64,000 bases of DNA, from NCBI GenBank assembly GCA_965223115.1, contig OZ244982.1, positions 378,577-442,576 of the forward strand, written 5' to 3'. Under the pieces are notes generated by a model that was not told where the DNA came from, searched no databases, and worked only from the letters and a program-made list of their open reading frames with translations. The stretch is from Gammaproteobacteria bacterium (GTDB taxonomy: Bacteria > Pseudomonadota > Gammaproteobacteria > UBA4575). Position numbers and translations under genes: made by a program. Numbering within the stretch: position 1 is the stretch's first letter; every line of letters begins with the position of its first letter. This document shows positions 9,748-19,104 of the stretch, in pieces.

Positions 9748-10134
9748 TTGCTGTATCAACATAAAAAACCTGCCGCCCTATATGCCAAGTGTATCCTCTC
9801 AATTACCGCTTTTGTAATCTTATTAATGTGGATAATTCAACCCTACATGCGTAACAAAGCAAGCGTAATGCCACATGAATACTATGACTATGGAATGAGT
9901 TGTTTGCAGCACTTTATGCAAGTAACAAATAAACATAATTATAAATTGATGAATGCTTATGCAAAAACTGTTTTAAGTGTAAATGAAATAGTATTGATAC
10001 AAGTAAAAAACGTAAGTGATGGGACAAAGATACAAATAAAATGTACCTATGAAAATAAAAAACTTACTGCTCTATATGCAAATAATAATAAAATTGCGCT
10101 TACGCTTAATAGATCAATGTTATTGAGTAAATAA
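9748..10134 (+). CDS. Hypothetical small membrane-anchored protein
   Basis: ORF only. It has a TTG start, one hydrophobic segment and no recognisable motif, and sits in an AT-rich accessory context. Confidence 0.35.
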   Translation: MLYQHKKPAALYAKCILSITAFVILLMWIIQPYMRNKASVMPHEYYDYGMSCLQHFMQVTNKHNYKLMNAYAKTVLSVNEIVLIQVKNVSDGTKIQIKCTYENKKLTALYANNNKIALTLNRSMLLSK

Positions 10135-10332
10135 AAATTTATAATTTATAAAAATACTGATAAAAACTTAATTATTTTAAGCTAATGCCTTTGTGTTGAT
10201 AATTTATTTAAAGTAGTTAATGAACGACATTATTTCCTAGTTTAATGAAATTTTATATTTATAAAAACTTAACTTGACTAGTACTTTATAATTCATGCAA
10301 TATGCTAAAACGACAATATAGTTGGGGCTATC

Positions 10333-13041
10333 ATGGTTGGGTGTTACACGGTTTCAAGTAAAAAATTTGTAACATTATTTTTCGTCTTATCACTTTTTGC
10401 TTTTTGTATCTTGCCACCAAATGCTTTTGCTGCAAGTTATGAATTTGAAGCAGATCTGATGATTGAGGACAGTGATGGGACCAGTTCACAAACTAAAAAT
10501 GATACTGCAGCCAGTAGTGGCCAGTATTTTTTATATAATAGTAATGCAGTTGATGAGTTTGTTACCTTTTCGATCCCGGTCAATCCCAAAGGGGTTTATA
10601 GCTTGGATCTTCAATATCACCTCAGCCAATACCGTGGTACGTTTATCGTCGAAGTAGCAGATGAGCTGCTAGGTACTTATACGCAAATTGGAACAATGGA
10701 CACCATCGTGAGTAGTGGAAGTAGTTTCCCTACCTTGTCTATGTCAACTACATTTCTTACAGCGGGGACGAAATACCTGCGTTTTAAAGCTACAGGAGCG
10801 GGCTCTGCCGGGAATGAAAAGATGGGCCTAGATAAAATTGATGTCGTCAAAACTGCCGATATTGCTGGTCCAGCAGAAAGGCAAGCAACAACATTCAACA
10901 GCAATACAGCGGGTGGTGGGATTAGTGTTAATGAGCCTTCTAATACAGCGCAAGGTGATTTATTAGTTGCGGTACAGGTTAACAACAAGTCAAGTGTTCC
11001 GAATCTAAATAGTGGTTGGACAAATATTCAGTCAGGTGGAAATGGTGCCAATCGGCAACGTGTTTCCTACATAGTGCGAGGTTCTAGTGCACCGGACCTT
11101 ACTTTTCCATGTGGACAATCTACCCATCCTTGTACGGTAAGTGTCACTCGTTATACGGGGGTAGACACGACGAATCCAATTCATGTTTCAGCTTTGCAAG
11201 GTGATGATGATACAAGTGACACCACAGTAACTTGTCCTTCAGTTACGACGACTGTTGGTAACACACTTGTGCAGTATTATGAGACGGATCGCAAGAATGC
11301 TGGAGCGACGAGTTTTGCAACGGCAACCGTTGCGGAAGATATAAGTCCTTTGTCGGGGCAATCTATTACGCTAGGGGAAAAGACACAGGTCACTGCAGGG
11401 GCAACGGGAGCAGAACTTGCTACAAATACCGGCTCGGGTGCTGTGATGAATTGCACTACAGTGGCGATTACACCAACTGCTTCGAGTGGGAGTAACAATC
11501 CACCTACGGTAATGAATCCGGGTAGTCTGATGGATACGGAAGGTGACAGTGTAAGTTTACAGATTCAAGCTAGCGATCCGGATGCGGGTGACAGTTTGAC
11601 GTACAGCGCAACGGATTTACCGATTGGATTAAGTATTGATTCTAGCACAGGATTAATTAGTGGAACGGCCAGTACAGCGGACACCTATAACACGGTTATT
11701 ACAGTAGCTGATGGGAATGGAGGGGGTGATAGTGCCTCCTTTACCTGGACAGTGAATGAGAATGTCGTTGCTGGCACTCCAGATTTCTATGTGGCGACAA
11801 CAGGTTCAGATTCAAATAGTGGTTCACAAACTGCGCCACTCAAAACCTTGTCCAAGGCTGTCCAGCTAGCTTCAAATGGCGACATCATCAAGATGGAAGT
11901 GGGAGAATATGATTTAGGAAGCTCAGCGCTTACTATTTCTAAAAATCTTACAATAGTTGGAGTAGTTCCTGATGAAACTATATTAACGGGCAAAACAATT
12001 GATGTAGATACCGCGGTTGAGTTTTATAACTTAGGTTTTGATGATTTTAGTGCTCGTCAAGCCATTACTATTATTGGTAATAACGGCGATACCATTGATG
12101 GATTTCACGTTGAAAACTGCCATTTCACTGCTATGCGCGGTGGTATCAGGATGGATAACTTTGAGGGTAGTTTTATAAACGCTACGGTTAAGAACTCGCT
12201 GTTTAAAGATCTTACTCATACTGGTAAATCTGTTGTCGGAGTTTCTTTTGCTCACCAATCTAACAATGACGTAAAAGATATCTACATCATTAATAATAAT
12301 TTTGATAATTTAGATTCAACAAATAGTGGAGCTAGTGCGATTCGTGTAGGAGATAATTCTTCCCGTGACAATACGACAAATATTCATATTGAAGACAATG
12401 ATATAAAAAATATTCATGCTAGTTGTGTGGATGATGATGGGGATGGAGAATATCCTCAAGCACATGGCATCAAAGTGTTTGGCGAATATGTAGATGTTCT
12501 CCGTAATACTGTAAAGGACCTAAATGTTTGTCTTGATCATGAAGCAATTAATTTAAAGGCAAGTTATTCTCAAATTATTGATAATACTGTTCATAATGGT
12601 GGAGCTGTGAGCCAGGAAGGAGATATTCTTATCAAAGCAACATCTCCAGATATAAATGTTAACAATCTCATTAAGGATAACACCATTACTAATGATCTAG
12701 CCTATAGTCAAAGTCAATCTCGATGGCGTCTAGCCAATGGCATTAATATTTATGGAGAGTCCATAATTCGCAATAATACTATTAGCAAGTATAACTGTAG
12801 ATCAGGAATTCATAGTAATGGGCAACAAGGTCAGAACGTTACCATAGATGATAATACGGTAGATTTATATGGTTGCCTATATGGAATTTCTCCTCGTAAC
12901 AATGCCAATCCCGCCGTAATCACAGTAGAAGATAACACTATCAGATTTGACTCTACAGACGATGAAGTAGATGCTATCAATACGCAAGGTTCAGCAACTT
13001 ATAATATAAATAACAATACGATTTGCTTTAGTTGTTTGTAG
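10333..13041 (+). CDS. Secreted/surface multidomain protein: signal peptide, CBM-like beta-sandwich, unknown domain, cadherin/Ig-like (He_PIG-type) domain, right-handed parallel beta-helix (DUF1565/pectate-lyase-like)
   Basis: The signal peptide ends at NAFA-AS. NNPPTV..PG......GDSVSLQIQASDPDAGDSLTYSATDLPIGLSIDSSTGLISGT resembles a putative-Ig/dystroglycan-type cadherin repeat. FYVATTGSDSNSGSQTAPLKTLSKAV..A..GD.I is a typical DUF1565 beta-helix N-cap, followed by N/I/D-rich PbH1-like repeats. Confidence 0.75.
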   Translation: MVGCYTVSSKKFVTLFFVLSLFAFCILPPNAFAASYEFEADLMIEDSDGTSSQTKNDTAASSGQYFLYNSNAVDEFVTFSIPVNPKGVYSLDLQYHLSQYRGTFIVEVADELLGTYTQIGTMDTIVSSGSSFPTLSMSTTFLTAGTKYLRFKATGAGSAGNEKMGLDKIDVVKTADIAGPAERQATTFNSNTAGGGISVNEPSNTAQGDLLVAVQVNNKSSVPNLNSGWTNIQSGGNGANRQRVSYIVRGSSAPDLTFPCGQSTHPCTVSVTRYTGVDTTNPIHVSALQGDDDTSDTTVTCPSVTTTVGNTLVQYYETDRKNAGATSFATATVAEDISPLSGQSITLGEKTQVTAGATGAELATNTGSGAVMNCTTVAITPTASSGSNNPPTVMNPGSLMDTEGDSVSLQIQASDPDAGDSLTYSATDLPIGLSIDSSTGLISGTASTADTYNTVITVADGNGGGDSASFTWTVNENVVAGTPDFYVATTGSDSNSGSQTAPLKTLSKAVQLASNGDIIKMEVGEYDLGSSALTISKNLTIVGVVPDETILTGKTIDVDTAVEFYNLGFDDFSARQAITIIGNNGDTIDGFHVENCHFTAMRGGIRMDNFEGSFINATVKNSLFKDLTHTGKSVVGVSFAHQSNNDVKDIYIINNNFDNLDSTNSGASAIRVGDNSSRDNTTNIHIEDNDIKNIHASCVDDDGDGEYPQAHGIKVFGEYVDVLRNTVKDLNVCLDHEAINLKASYSQIIDNTVHNGGAVSQEGDILIKATSPDINVNNLIKDNTITNDLAYSQSQSRWRLANGINIYGESIIRNNTISKYNCRSGIHSNGQQGQNVTIDDNTVDLYGCLYGISPRNNANPAVITVEDNTIRFDSTDDEVDAINTQGSATYNINNNTICFSCL

Positions 13042-13176
13042 TTGTAAATGGCCGATTAGTTTCGTTGGTACAAGTCACATGACTTTGACATAAGTAGTTC
13101 GTGTGAATAAAAAGATATTAAAAATACTTTTTAATTCATGCGCAGTATCGAACAAAAACGCAAACATGAGAATTAC

Positions 13177-13252
13177 TGGCTCCCCGGGACGGGCTCGAAC
13201 CGCCGACCTAGTGATTAACAGTCACCCGCTCTACCAACTGAGCTACCGGGGA
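13177..13252 (-). tRNA. tRNA-Asn (anticodon GTT)
   Basis: Manual cloverleaf fold of the reverse complement: TCCCCGG/CCGGGGA acceptor, GCTC..GAGC D-arm, anticodon loop CTGTTAA, TTCGAGC T-loop, encoded CCA. Confidence 0.92.
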
Positions 13253-13405
13253 ATAGGGAAGCGGGAGATGGTAACGATCCCTATTATATCGGTCAACAAC
13301 AATGTTGGTTAAGCATCTCTAGAAGCTAAATTCTAATAATAAATTTGTAGCGCAAGTGGGATATGTAGTGACTAACCGCTCGATACTGAATTCCTACCTT
13401 TAACG

Positions 13406-13603
13406 CTAAATTCGATTTTTCCAGTTCTTTTTTAGGTTCAGGCTTATAGGTCTGAATTTTGCGGGCCAGGTCTCTATTTCTTGAGTTAAACAAATTTTAG
13501 CTTCCAGATTGTCTGGCTGATAGTACCAATAAGCGGCAATCATCGTCTGTAGGTCTTTGATCGCACTATAAATATTCCTTGAACACGGCACGAGTACGTG
13601 CAT
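13406..13603 (-). pseudogene. Possible truncated ParE/RelE-like toxin fragment (or a spurious ORF)
   Basis: ..A.KDL..I..Y......P..A.........E....P..... loosely matches ParE N-termini, but the ORF is only 65 aa, has no antitoxin, and its 5' end runs into the SD of the Bro-N gene. Confidence 0.2.
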
Positions 13604-13623
13604 GACAACAAGGAGTTATACAA

Positions 13624-14004
13624 GTGGGAAACATATCGCTATTTGATTATGGCGGCTACAAGATAAGGATCGTCAAGGAAGAGACCGGTGAGCCATGGTT
13701 CGTTGCTGCGGATATTTGCCGCTGTTTAGGGCTGGCAATCAATAAACGTACAGGTAAACCCAATGTAACGGTTGCCACACGTTCCCTAAGTGATGAGCAA
13801 AAGCGTAAGTACCGTATTGATACGCCTGAGAATCCCAAGAACCCATGGATCGATATGATGATATTGTCTGAAGATGGCATGCATAAAATGCTACGCATCT
13901 CGGACAGCATTGATATACAACGGTTTAAACAACATGTGCAACGCGAAGTGTTGCCAGGTTTTTCTAATGGTGGATCACCCACCATGCGTGCCAGCCAAGG
14001 CTAA
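13624..14004 (+). CDS. Bro-N domain protein (prophage antirepressor-family N-terminal domain), orphan phage remnant
   Basis: F......IR.V.......WFVAADICRCLGL...............ILSEDGMHKML..S.......F...V..EVLP matches the Bro-N pattern. GTG start with AGGAG 8 nt upstream. Confidence 0.75.
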   Translation: MGNISLFDYGGYKIRIVKEETGEPWFVAADICRCLGLAINKRTGKPNVTVATRSLSDEQKRKYRIDTPENPKNPWIDMMILSEDGMHKMLRISDSIDIQRFKQHVQREVLPGFSNGGSPTMRASQG

Positions 14005-14040
14005 ACTAGCCTTAAAATAGAACCCACCAAGATTAAACAT

Positions 14041-14069
14041 ACCGATTCCACCATATAGGTGGAATCGGT
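14041..14069. terminator. Bidirectional rho-independent-type hairpin between convergent genes
   Basis: ACCGATTCCACC-ATATA-GGTGGAATCGGT, a perfect 12-bp stem with A/T runs on both sides. Confidence 0.7.
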
Positions 14070-14074
14070 ATTTA

Positions 14075-15253
14075 TTAAAGCTTTTTAAATCTGGCTACAG
14101 CTTCTTGAAGCACTTCCATGCTTGTCGCAAAAGAAATGCGTATATGATTGGGTGAACCGAATGCAGTGCCCGGAACTACTGCCATTCCTGTTTCATTAAG
14201 CAAATACTCAGCAAACTCAACGTCATCCGAAACACTGTCGATTCTATTAATTAAACCTTCAATGTTAGGGAAACAATAGAAAGTTCCATCGCAGGGTAGG
14301 CAATGAACCCCGTCAATTTCATTTAACGCATTAACGATATAATTATGGCGTTCTTCGAAAGCCTTACACATTTCAGTTACACAACTTTGTTCGCCGGTTA
14401 ATGCTGCTTCAGCTGCAGCTTGTGAAATCGAACTAGGATTAGAAGTGCTTTGCGATTGTATCTTTGTCATCGCCTTAATGATTGTGCTCGGTCCTGCCGC
14501 ATAACCAATGCGCCAACCTGTCATGGAATATACTTTCGATACTCCATTTAATACTACGGTACGATCTTTGAGCGATGGTGTAGTGTTTAAAATATTTACG
14601 AACTTTTGCCCACGAAACATGATGTGCTCATAAATATCATCGGTAATGATTTGAACATGCGTATGCTTTTCAAGCACCTCTCCTAACGCACCTAACTCAT
14701 CCTGACTATAGGCAATGCCCGAAGGGTTAGAAGGACTGTTAATGACGAATAATTTAGTTTTTTCGTTGATGTGCTTTTCCAAATCGTTCGCTGTGATTTT
14801 GCATCGATTTTCAACTTTGCTCGGAATAATTACAGGCTTGCCATCCGCTAGTAGTGCCATATCTGGGTAGGACACCCAATAGGGTGCAGGAACGAGGACT
14901 TCATCGTCCGTATTTAATAAGGCCTGACATAGATTATAAAATACTTGTTTACCGCCATTGGAAACCATGATTTCATCAGGCTCATAGCTCAGTTGATTGT
15001 CACGCCTAAACTTATCGATAATGGCCTGTTTTAAGGAAACCGTACCAGGGACAGGCGTGTATTTGGTTTTGCCCGCTTGCATCGCAGCTTGGGCCCCTTC
15101 CTTAATAAATTCTGGCGTATCGAAATCTGGCTCCCCTGCGGCTAAATTCAAAATATCGCCACCTTCGGCACGTATTTGATTTGCACGTGCAGTTATAGCT
15201 AAAGTGACAGAGGGTTTAACGCGTGCTACGCGATCAGCAAGTGGACTGTTCAA
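14075..15253 (-). CDS. Class I pyridoxal-phosphate aminotransferase (aspartate aminotransferase-like)
   Basis: GEPDFDTP, NPSNPSG, SKVYSMTGWRIGY (PLP lysine) motifs. The ORF track extends to 15397, which would overlap uvrB. Homologues begin near ...LADRVARVKPS, so I favour TTG 15253 (AGGA upstream). The start is uncertain. Confidence 0.85.
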   Translation of the reverse strand: MNSPLADRVARVKPSVTLAITARANQIRAEGGDILNLAAGEPDFDTPEFIKEGAQAAMQAGKTKYTPVPGTVSLKQAIIDKFRRDNQLSYEPDEIMVSNGGKQVFYNLCQALLNTDDEVLVPAPYWVSYPDMALLADGKPVIIPSKVENRCKITANDLEKHINEKTKLFVINSPSNPSGIAYSQDELGALGEVLEKHTHVQIITDDIYEHIMFRGQKFVNILNTTPSLKDRTVVLNGVSKVYSMTGWRIGYAAGPSTIIKAMTKIQSQSTSNPSSISQAAAEAALTGEQSCVTEMCKAFEERHNYIVNALNEIDGVHCLPCDGTFYCFPNIEGLINRIDSVSDDVEFAEYLLNETGMAVVPGTAFGSPNHIRISFATSMEVLQEAVARFKKL

Positions 15254-15346
15254 AAGAGCGATTCCTGTTTTGGTTTTCGGTTTATTAAAAAGTGGATACT
15301 CTACAGTGGCACATTGTCCTGCGGGAACTTTCAATAAGAGATAATT

Positions 15347-17377
15347 GTGACGGATAATTTTCAAATTGACACCAAGTTTGCACCTGCAGGGGACCAACCT
15401 GGTGCAATCAATGCACTCATTGAGGGCCTAAATGATGGTTTGGCCCACCAAACCCTATTGGGTGTCACCGGCTCAGGCAAAACTTTCACTATTGCCAATG
15501 TCATCGAGCAGGTACAGCGACCGACTATTATTTTGGCTCCAAATAAAACGCTGGCAGCGCAGCTATATGGTGAGATGAAAGATTTTTTCCCCAGAAATGC
15601 TGTGGAGTATTTCGTTTCTTACTATGACTACTATCAACCTGAAGCCTATGTGCCGTCCAGTGACACTTTTATAGAAAAGGATGCCTCGGTAAATGAACAT
15701 ATAGAGCAAATGCGTTTGTCGGCAACCAAAGCCTTATTTGAGCGCCCCGATACCATCATCGTGGCGACCGTTTCAGCTATATATGGTCTGGGTGACCCCA
15801 AAGCCTATCTTGGTATGGTTATGCACTTGGATCGTGGTGATCGAGTCGATCAGCGTAAATTATTAAGAAGGCTTGCAGAACTGCAATATAGCCGTAACGA
15901 TTTTGAGTTACGTCGTGGCACCTTTCGTGTGCACGGTGAGGTGATTGATGTACATCCTGCCGAGTCGGAGCGTGAGGGAATTCGTATAGAGTTATTTGAT
16001 GATGAGATCGAAAACTTAAGTTATTTTGATCCCTTGACAGGAGAGCTCATCCGTAAAGTTCCTCGGTTAACCATTTATCCCAAAACGCACTATGTAACGC
16101 CACGTGAAATTTTATTGAATGCAATAGAACAAATTAAAGAAGAACTAAAAGAACGTCTTGAAGAATTAAATACAGCCAATCGCTTGGTAGAAGCACAAAG
16201 GTTAGAACAGCGCACTAGGTTTGATTTGGAGATGATTCAAGAGATTGGCTATTGTGCCGGCATTGAAAACTACTCACGTTATTTATCGGGCCGTGCTGCA
16301 GGTGAGCCGCCTCCTTGTCTTTTAGACTACTTACCCAATAATGCACTGATGGTAATGGATGAAAGCCATGTGTCCGTTCCACAATTTGGTGGCATGTACA
16401 AAGGCGATCGTTCACGTAAAGAAACACTGGTTGAATATGGCTTTAGATTGCCATCGGCATTGGATAACCGACCTCTAAAGTTTGAAGAGTTTGAAGCCCT
16501 TGCGCCACAAATGATCTATGTTTCAGCAACACCGGGTCCTTATGAGGCGGAAAAATCTGACGCTGTAGCAGAACAAGTCGTACGCCCAACAGGATTGGTG
16601 GACCCAGAAATTGAAGTACGACCTGTAGCCTCTCAAGTAGACGACTTACTTTCTGAAATCAATGAACGTGTCGAATTGGGTGAACGTGTGTTGGTGACTA
16701 CGCTTACCAAACGTATGGCTGAAGATCTCACTGAATATTTAGCCGATCATAATGTGCGTGTGCGTTATCTACATTCAGATATCGATACAGTTGAGCGAGT
16801 AGAAATAATAAGAGGATTACGTAAAGCAGACTTTGATGTGTTAGTTGGAATTAATTTATTGCGTGAGGGATTAGATATTCCCGAAGTTTCTTTGGTTGCA
16901 ATTCTGGATGCCGACAAAGAAGGTTTTCTGCGCTCAGAACGGTCGCTTATTCAGACTGTAGGGCGTGCAGCGAGGCACCTTAATGGGAAAGCGATTATGT
17001 ATGCAGATCAAATTACTGGATCTATGCAACGTGCTATCCAAGAAACCGAGCGTAGACGTGAGAAGCAGCTTGTCTTTAACAAAGAACATGGCATCACACC
17101 GAAAGGAATTAAAAAGAAAGTTGCAGACATTATGGAAGGTGCGCGTAAATTACCTTACGAATATGATTTGGGTAAAACGCGTGCCAGAGTGGCAGAAGAT
17201 GTCATTGAATATTCACGCATGAGCCCTGAACATGGCATGAAAAAGGTCAAACAGCTCGAACAACAAATGTATGAACATGCTAAGAATCTTGAATTTGAAG
17301 AAGCTGCGAAGATAAGAGATGAAATCATCCGCTTAAAAGATATTATCTTAGGTAAACCTGAGATGAAGGCGAGTTGA
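15347..17377 (+). CDS. uvrB: Excinuclease ABC subunit B
   Basis: Near-identical blocks to E. coli UvrB ([75 protein letters not shown]) and a C-terminal UVR domain. GTG start. Confidence 0.97.
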   Translation: MTDNFQIDTKFAPAGDQPGAINALIEGLNDGLAHQTLLGVTGSGKTFTIANVIEQVQRPTIILAPNKTLAAQLYGEMKDFFPRNAVEYFVSYYDYYQPEAYVPSSDTFIEKDASVNEHIEQMRLSATKALFERPDTIIVATVSAIYGLGDPKAYLGMVMHLDRGDRVDQRKLLRRLAELQYSRNDFELRRGTFRVHGEVIDVHPAESEREGIRIELFDDEIENLSYFDPLTGELIRKVPRLTIYPKTHYVTPREILLNAIEQIKEELKERLEELNTANRLVEAQRLEQRTRFDLEMIQEIGYCAGIENYSRYLSGRAAGEPPPCLLDYLPNNALMVMDESHVSVPQFGGMYKGDRSRKETLVEYGFRLPSALDNRPLKFEEFEALAPQMIYVSATPGPYEAEKSDAVAEQVVRPTGLVDPEIEVRPVASQVDDLLSEINERVELGERVLVTTLTKRMAEDLTEYLADHNVRVRYLHSDIDTVERVEIIRGLRKADFDVLVGINLLREGLDIPEVSLVAILDADKEGFLRSERSLIQTVGRAARHLNGKAIMYADQITGSMQRAIQETERRREKQLVFNKEHGITPKGIKKKVADIMEGARKLPYEYDLGKTRARVAEDVIEYSRMSPEHGMKKVKQLEQQMYEHAKNLEFEEAAKIRDEIIRLKDIILGKPEMKAS

Positions 17378-17459
17378 CTATTGTCTAATTTGGATTGACT
17401 GTCCCAAGAAATAAGGGATTTAAAAGCTTATATTATCTAGTTGTATTCATTCAGTTAAA

Positions 17460-17477
17460 GGGGTATTATAATACCCC
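17460..17477. promoter_or_regulatory. Perfect 18-bp palindrome GGGGTATTATAATACCCC (candidate operator overlapping a TATAAT -10 box)
   Basis: Read directly from the sequence. It lies 10 nt upstream of the ATG of the wHTH-nucleotidyltransferase gene and has no spacer, so it looks like a protein-binding site rather than a hairpin. Confidence 0.5.
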
Positions 17478-17486
17478 AATTACTGT

Positions 17487-18059
17487 ATGAATGTATTTAT
17501 GGCTACTTTAGACCATATCTTTAATAAAACGCAGCGCCGTCTGATGAGCTTGCTGTTTATGAATCCAGATAAATCATTCTATACCAATGAGCTTATACAA
17601 CTTATTGGTACCGGTACTAGTACAGTCACAAATGAACTTAAGCAATTTAGAGAGTCTGGAATTCTTGCAATTGAAAAAAAAGGAAATCAAATTCATTACC
17701 AAGTAAATGTGAATAGTCCGATTTACCCAGAACTAAAGAATCTTGTAAAGAAAACGTTTGGTTTGACAGAGTTATTCAAAGAAGCGTTGTCTCCTGTGCG
17801 AGATAAAATTAATAAAGCATTTATTTATGGGTCTTTTGCAAGTGGCACGGAAAATGCGCAAAGCGATATTGATTTAATGATTGTCACAGATCAGCTTTCA
17901 TGGGAGCAAGTTATTGATCATATTGATGGTTTAGATGAAGAGATAATGCGCAATATCAATCCAACTATTTATAGTACAAAAGAATTTAACGAAAAATTAG
18001 ATCATGATCATTATTTCATTAGTAAAGTTATGAGTCGTCCGCAAATTGAATTGATTTAA
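17487..18059 (+). CDS. Winged-helix (ArsR-like) plus minimal nucleotidyltransferase (MNT) fusion protein; putative antitoxin/regulator of an MNT-HEPN-type pair
   Basis: The N-terminal wHTH reads ...YTNELIQLIGTGTSTVTNELKQFRESGIL...G. The pol-beta NTase signature is YGSFASGTENAQSDIDLMIV (GS-x9,10-DxD). Confidence 0.75.
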   Translation: MNVFMATLDHIFNKTQRRLMSLLFMNPDKSFYTNELIQLIGTGTSTVTNELKQFRESGILAIEKKGNQIHYQVNVNSPIYPELKNLVKKTFGLTELFKEALSPVRDKINKAFIYGSFASGTENAQSDIDLMIVTDQLSWEQVIDHIDGLDEEIMRNINPTIYSTKEFNEKLDHDHYFISKVMSRPQIELI

Positions 18060-18484
18060 TGAGCGACAATTTAAAAAATTTATCCAAGTTGAACCCACCT
18101 CGGTTATATCGAGAATCTAGTTTCGAAGAAGAAGTAGATAATTATATCCAAAGTGGCACAGAACGATTAAACGATGCAAAAAACACCAGCTTAAGTTTAA
18201 ACAGTCGCTTTACACTTGCGTACGATGCTTGTTTTTCATTTGCTTATGGCGCACTTAGAAGGAACCATTATCGTGCGAACAAAAATGTGCAAGGGCACCG
18301 AATTACAGTTATTCAAACCCTTGAACATACGCTTGATATAGATAAGAGGAAATGTGTTGTAGTCAGTAATGCACATATAAAACGAAATGGTATGGAATAT
18401 GAAGGATATGCAGAGATTAGTGAAACTCTCGTTGATGAGTTAATTGAAATTGCTGAATTAGTTAAAAGTAAACTTAAGCGTTGA
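18059..18484 (+). CDS. HEPN-like all-helical protein, partner of the upstream nucleotidyltransferase
   Basis: It overlaps the upstream stop by 1 nt (TAATG). Size, helical character and A.D....A..AL.......H.... / ...H.KRN..EY pattern resemble HEPN partners of MNTs. No clean Rx4-6H motif was found. Confidence 0.45.
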   Translation: MSDNLKNLSKLNPPRLYRESSFEEEVDNYIQSGTERLNDAKNTSLSLNSRFTLAYDACFSFAYGALRRNHYRANKNVQGHRITVIQTLEHTLDIDKRKCVVVSNAHIKRNGMEYEGYAEISETLVDELIEIAELVKSKLKR

Positions 18485-18651
18485 TTCACTATGTTATTTG
18501 ATCAGGATAAAGTAAGGAATCATGTTAATGAAGTAGCTATGCTTCTAAGTATGAGTGCTTGGTTGTGAGTTTTTTTAATAGAGCAAGATAATATAGATAA
18601 TTAGCAGGTATCGAATTTTTCTGTTCTATGCTAATTTCATACATTGATACT

Positions 18652-18728
<77 letters not shown>

Positions 18729-18873
18729 GTTTCCCTTTTGAAGTCAATAATTTAAATAACCTTAAACTTATTGCTGAGATAAACTTAAGATAAACTCGGT
18801 TTGTCTCAAACTGAAATTACTATTAAGTCCGAAAATGAACCTTTTTGTATTTCAATGACTTGTTTTCTTAAAT

Positions 18874-18937
18874 GCGTAGCACAGACTGAAATATATTAGA
18901 GCGCTACCCTGAAATATAATAGTAGGTCTAATTCGCT
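18874..18937 (+). pseudogene. Degenerate tRNA-Val copy (5' two-thirds, with an insertion in the D-loop)
   Basis: GCGTAGC.CAG...TTAGAGCGCTACC.TGA.AT...GTAGGTC..AATTCG aligns with the intact tRNA-Val at 18656-18712, including an exact 13-mer TTAGAGCGCTACC. It has no foldable acceptor or T-arm. Confidence 0.55.
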
Positions 18938-19104
18938 TAACAAACTGTTCAATAATGTAAGATTTGTAATTCGTATGTATTGGTGTTTTGAATTTAAATG
19001 ACACTTATGATCACAAAGTAGAGTAAATAAATATCGTGATGGAAATTATAGTCGTGTAAATTTCTTTATTTATTAAGACGTATATGTAAAAAATTAAAAA
19101 TAGT

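Noticed and set aside
13072-13085. AAGTCACATGACTT palindrome after the 902-aa gene, as a possible third copy of the 13-mer inverted-repeat family.
   Set aside because: It shares only the AGTCACATG half, and a 6-bp stem with a 2-nt spacer cannot form a hairpin. It is noted in the repeat finding but is too short to call as a feature.
13103-13312. 69-aa plus-strand ORF.
   Set aside because: It overlaps the tRNA-Asn gene on the opposite strand; the reverse complement of the tRNA gene happens to be open.
15254-15346. Possible LexA/SOS box upstream of uvrB (ACAG...TGT-like sequence around 15303-15318).
   Set aside because: It does not fit CTGT-N8-ACAG spacing or orientation, and no convincing palindrome is present.
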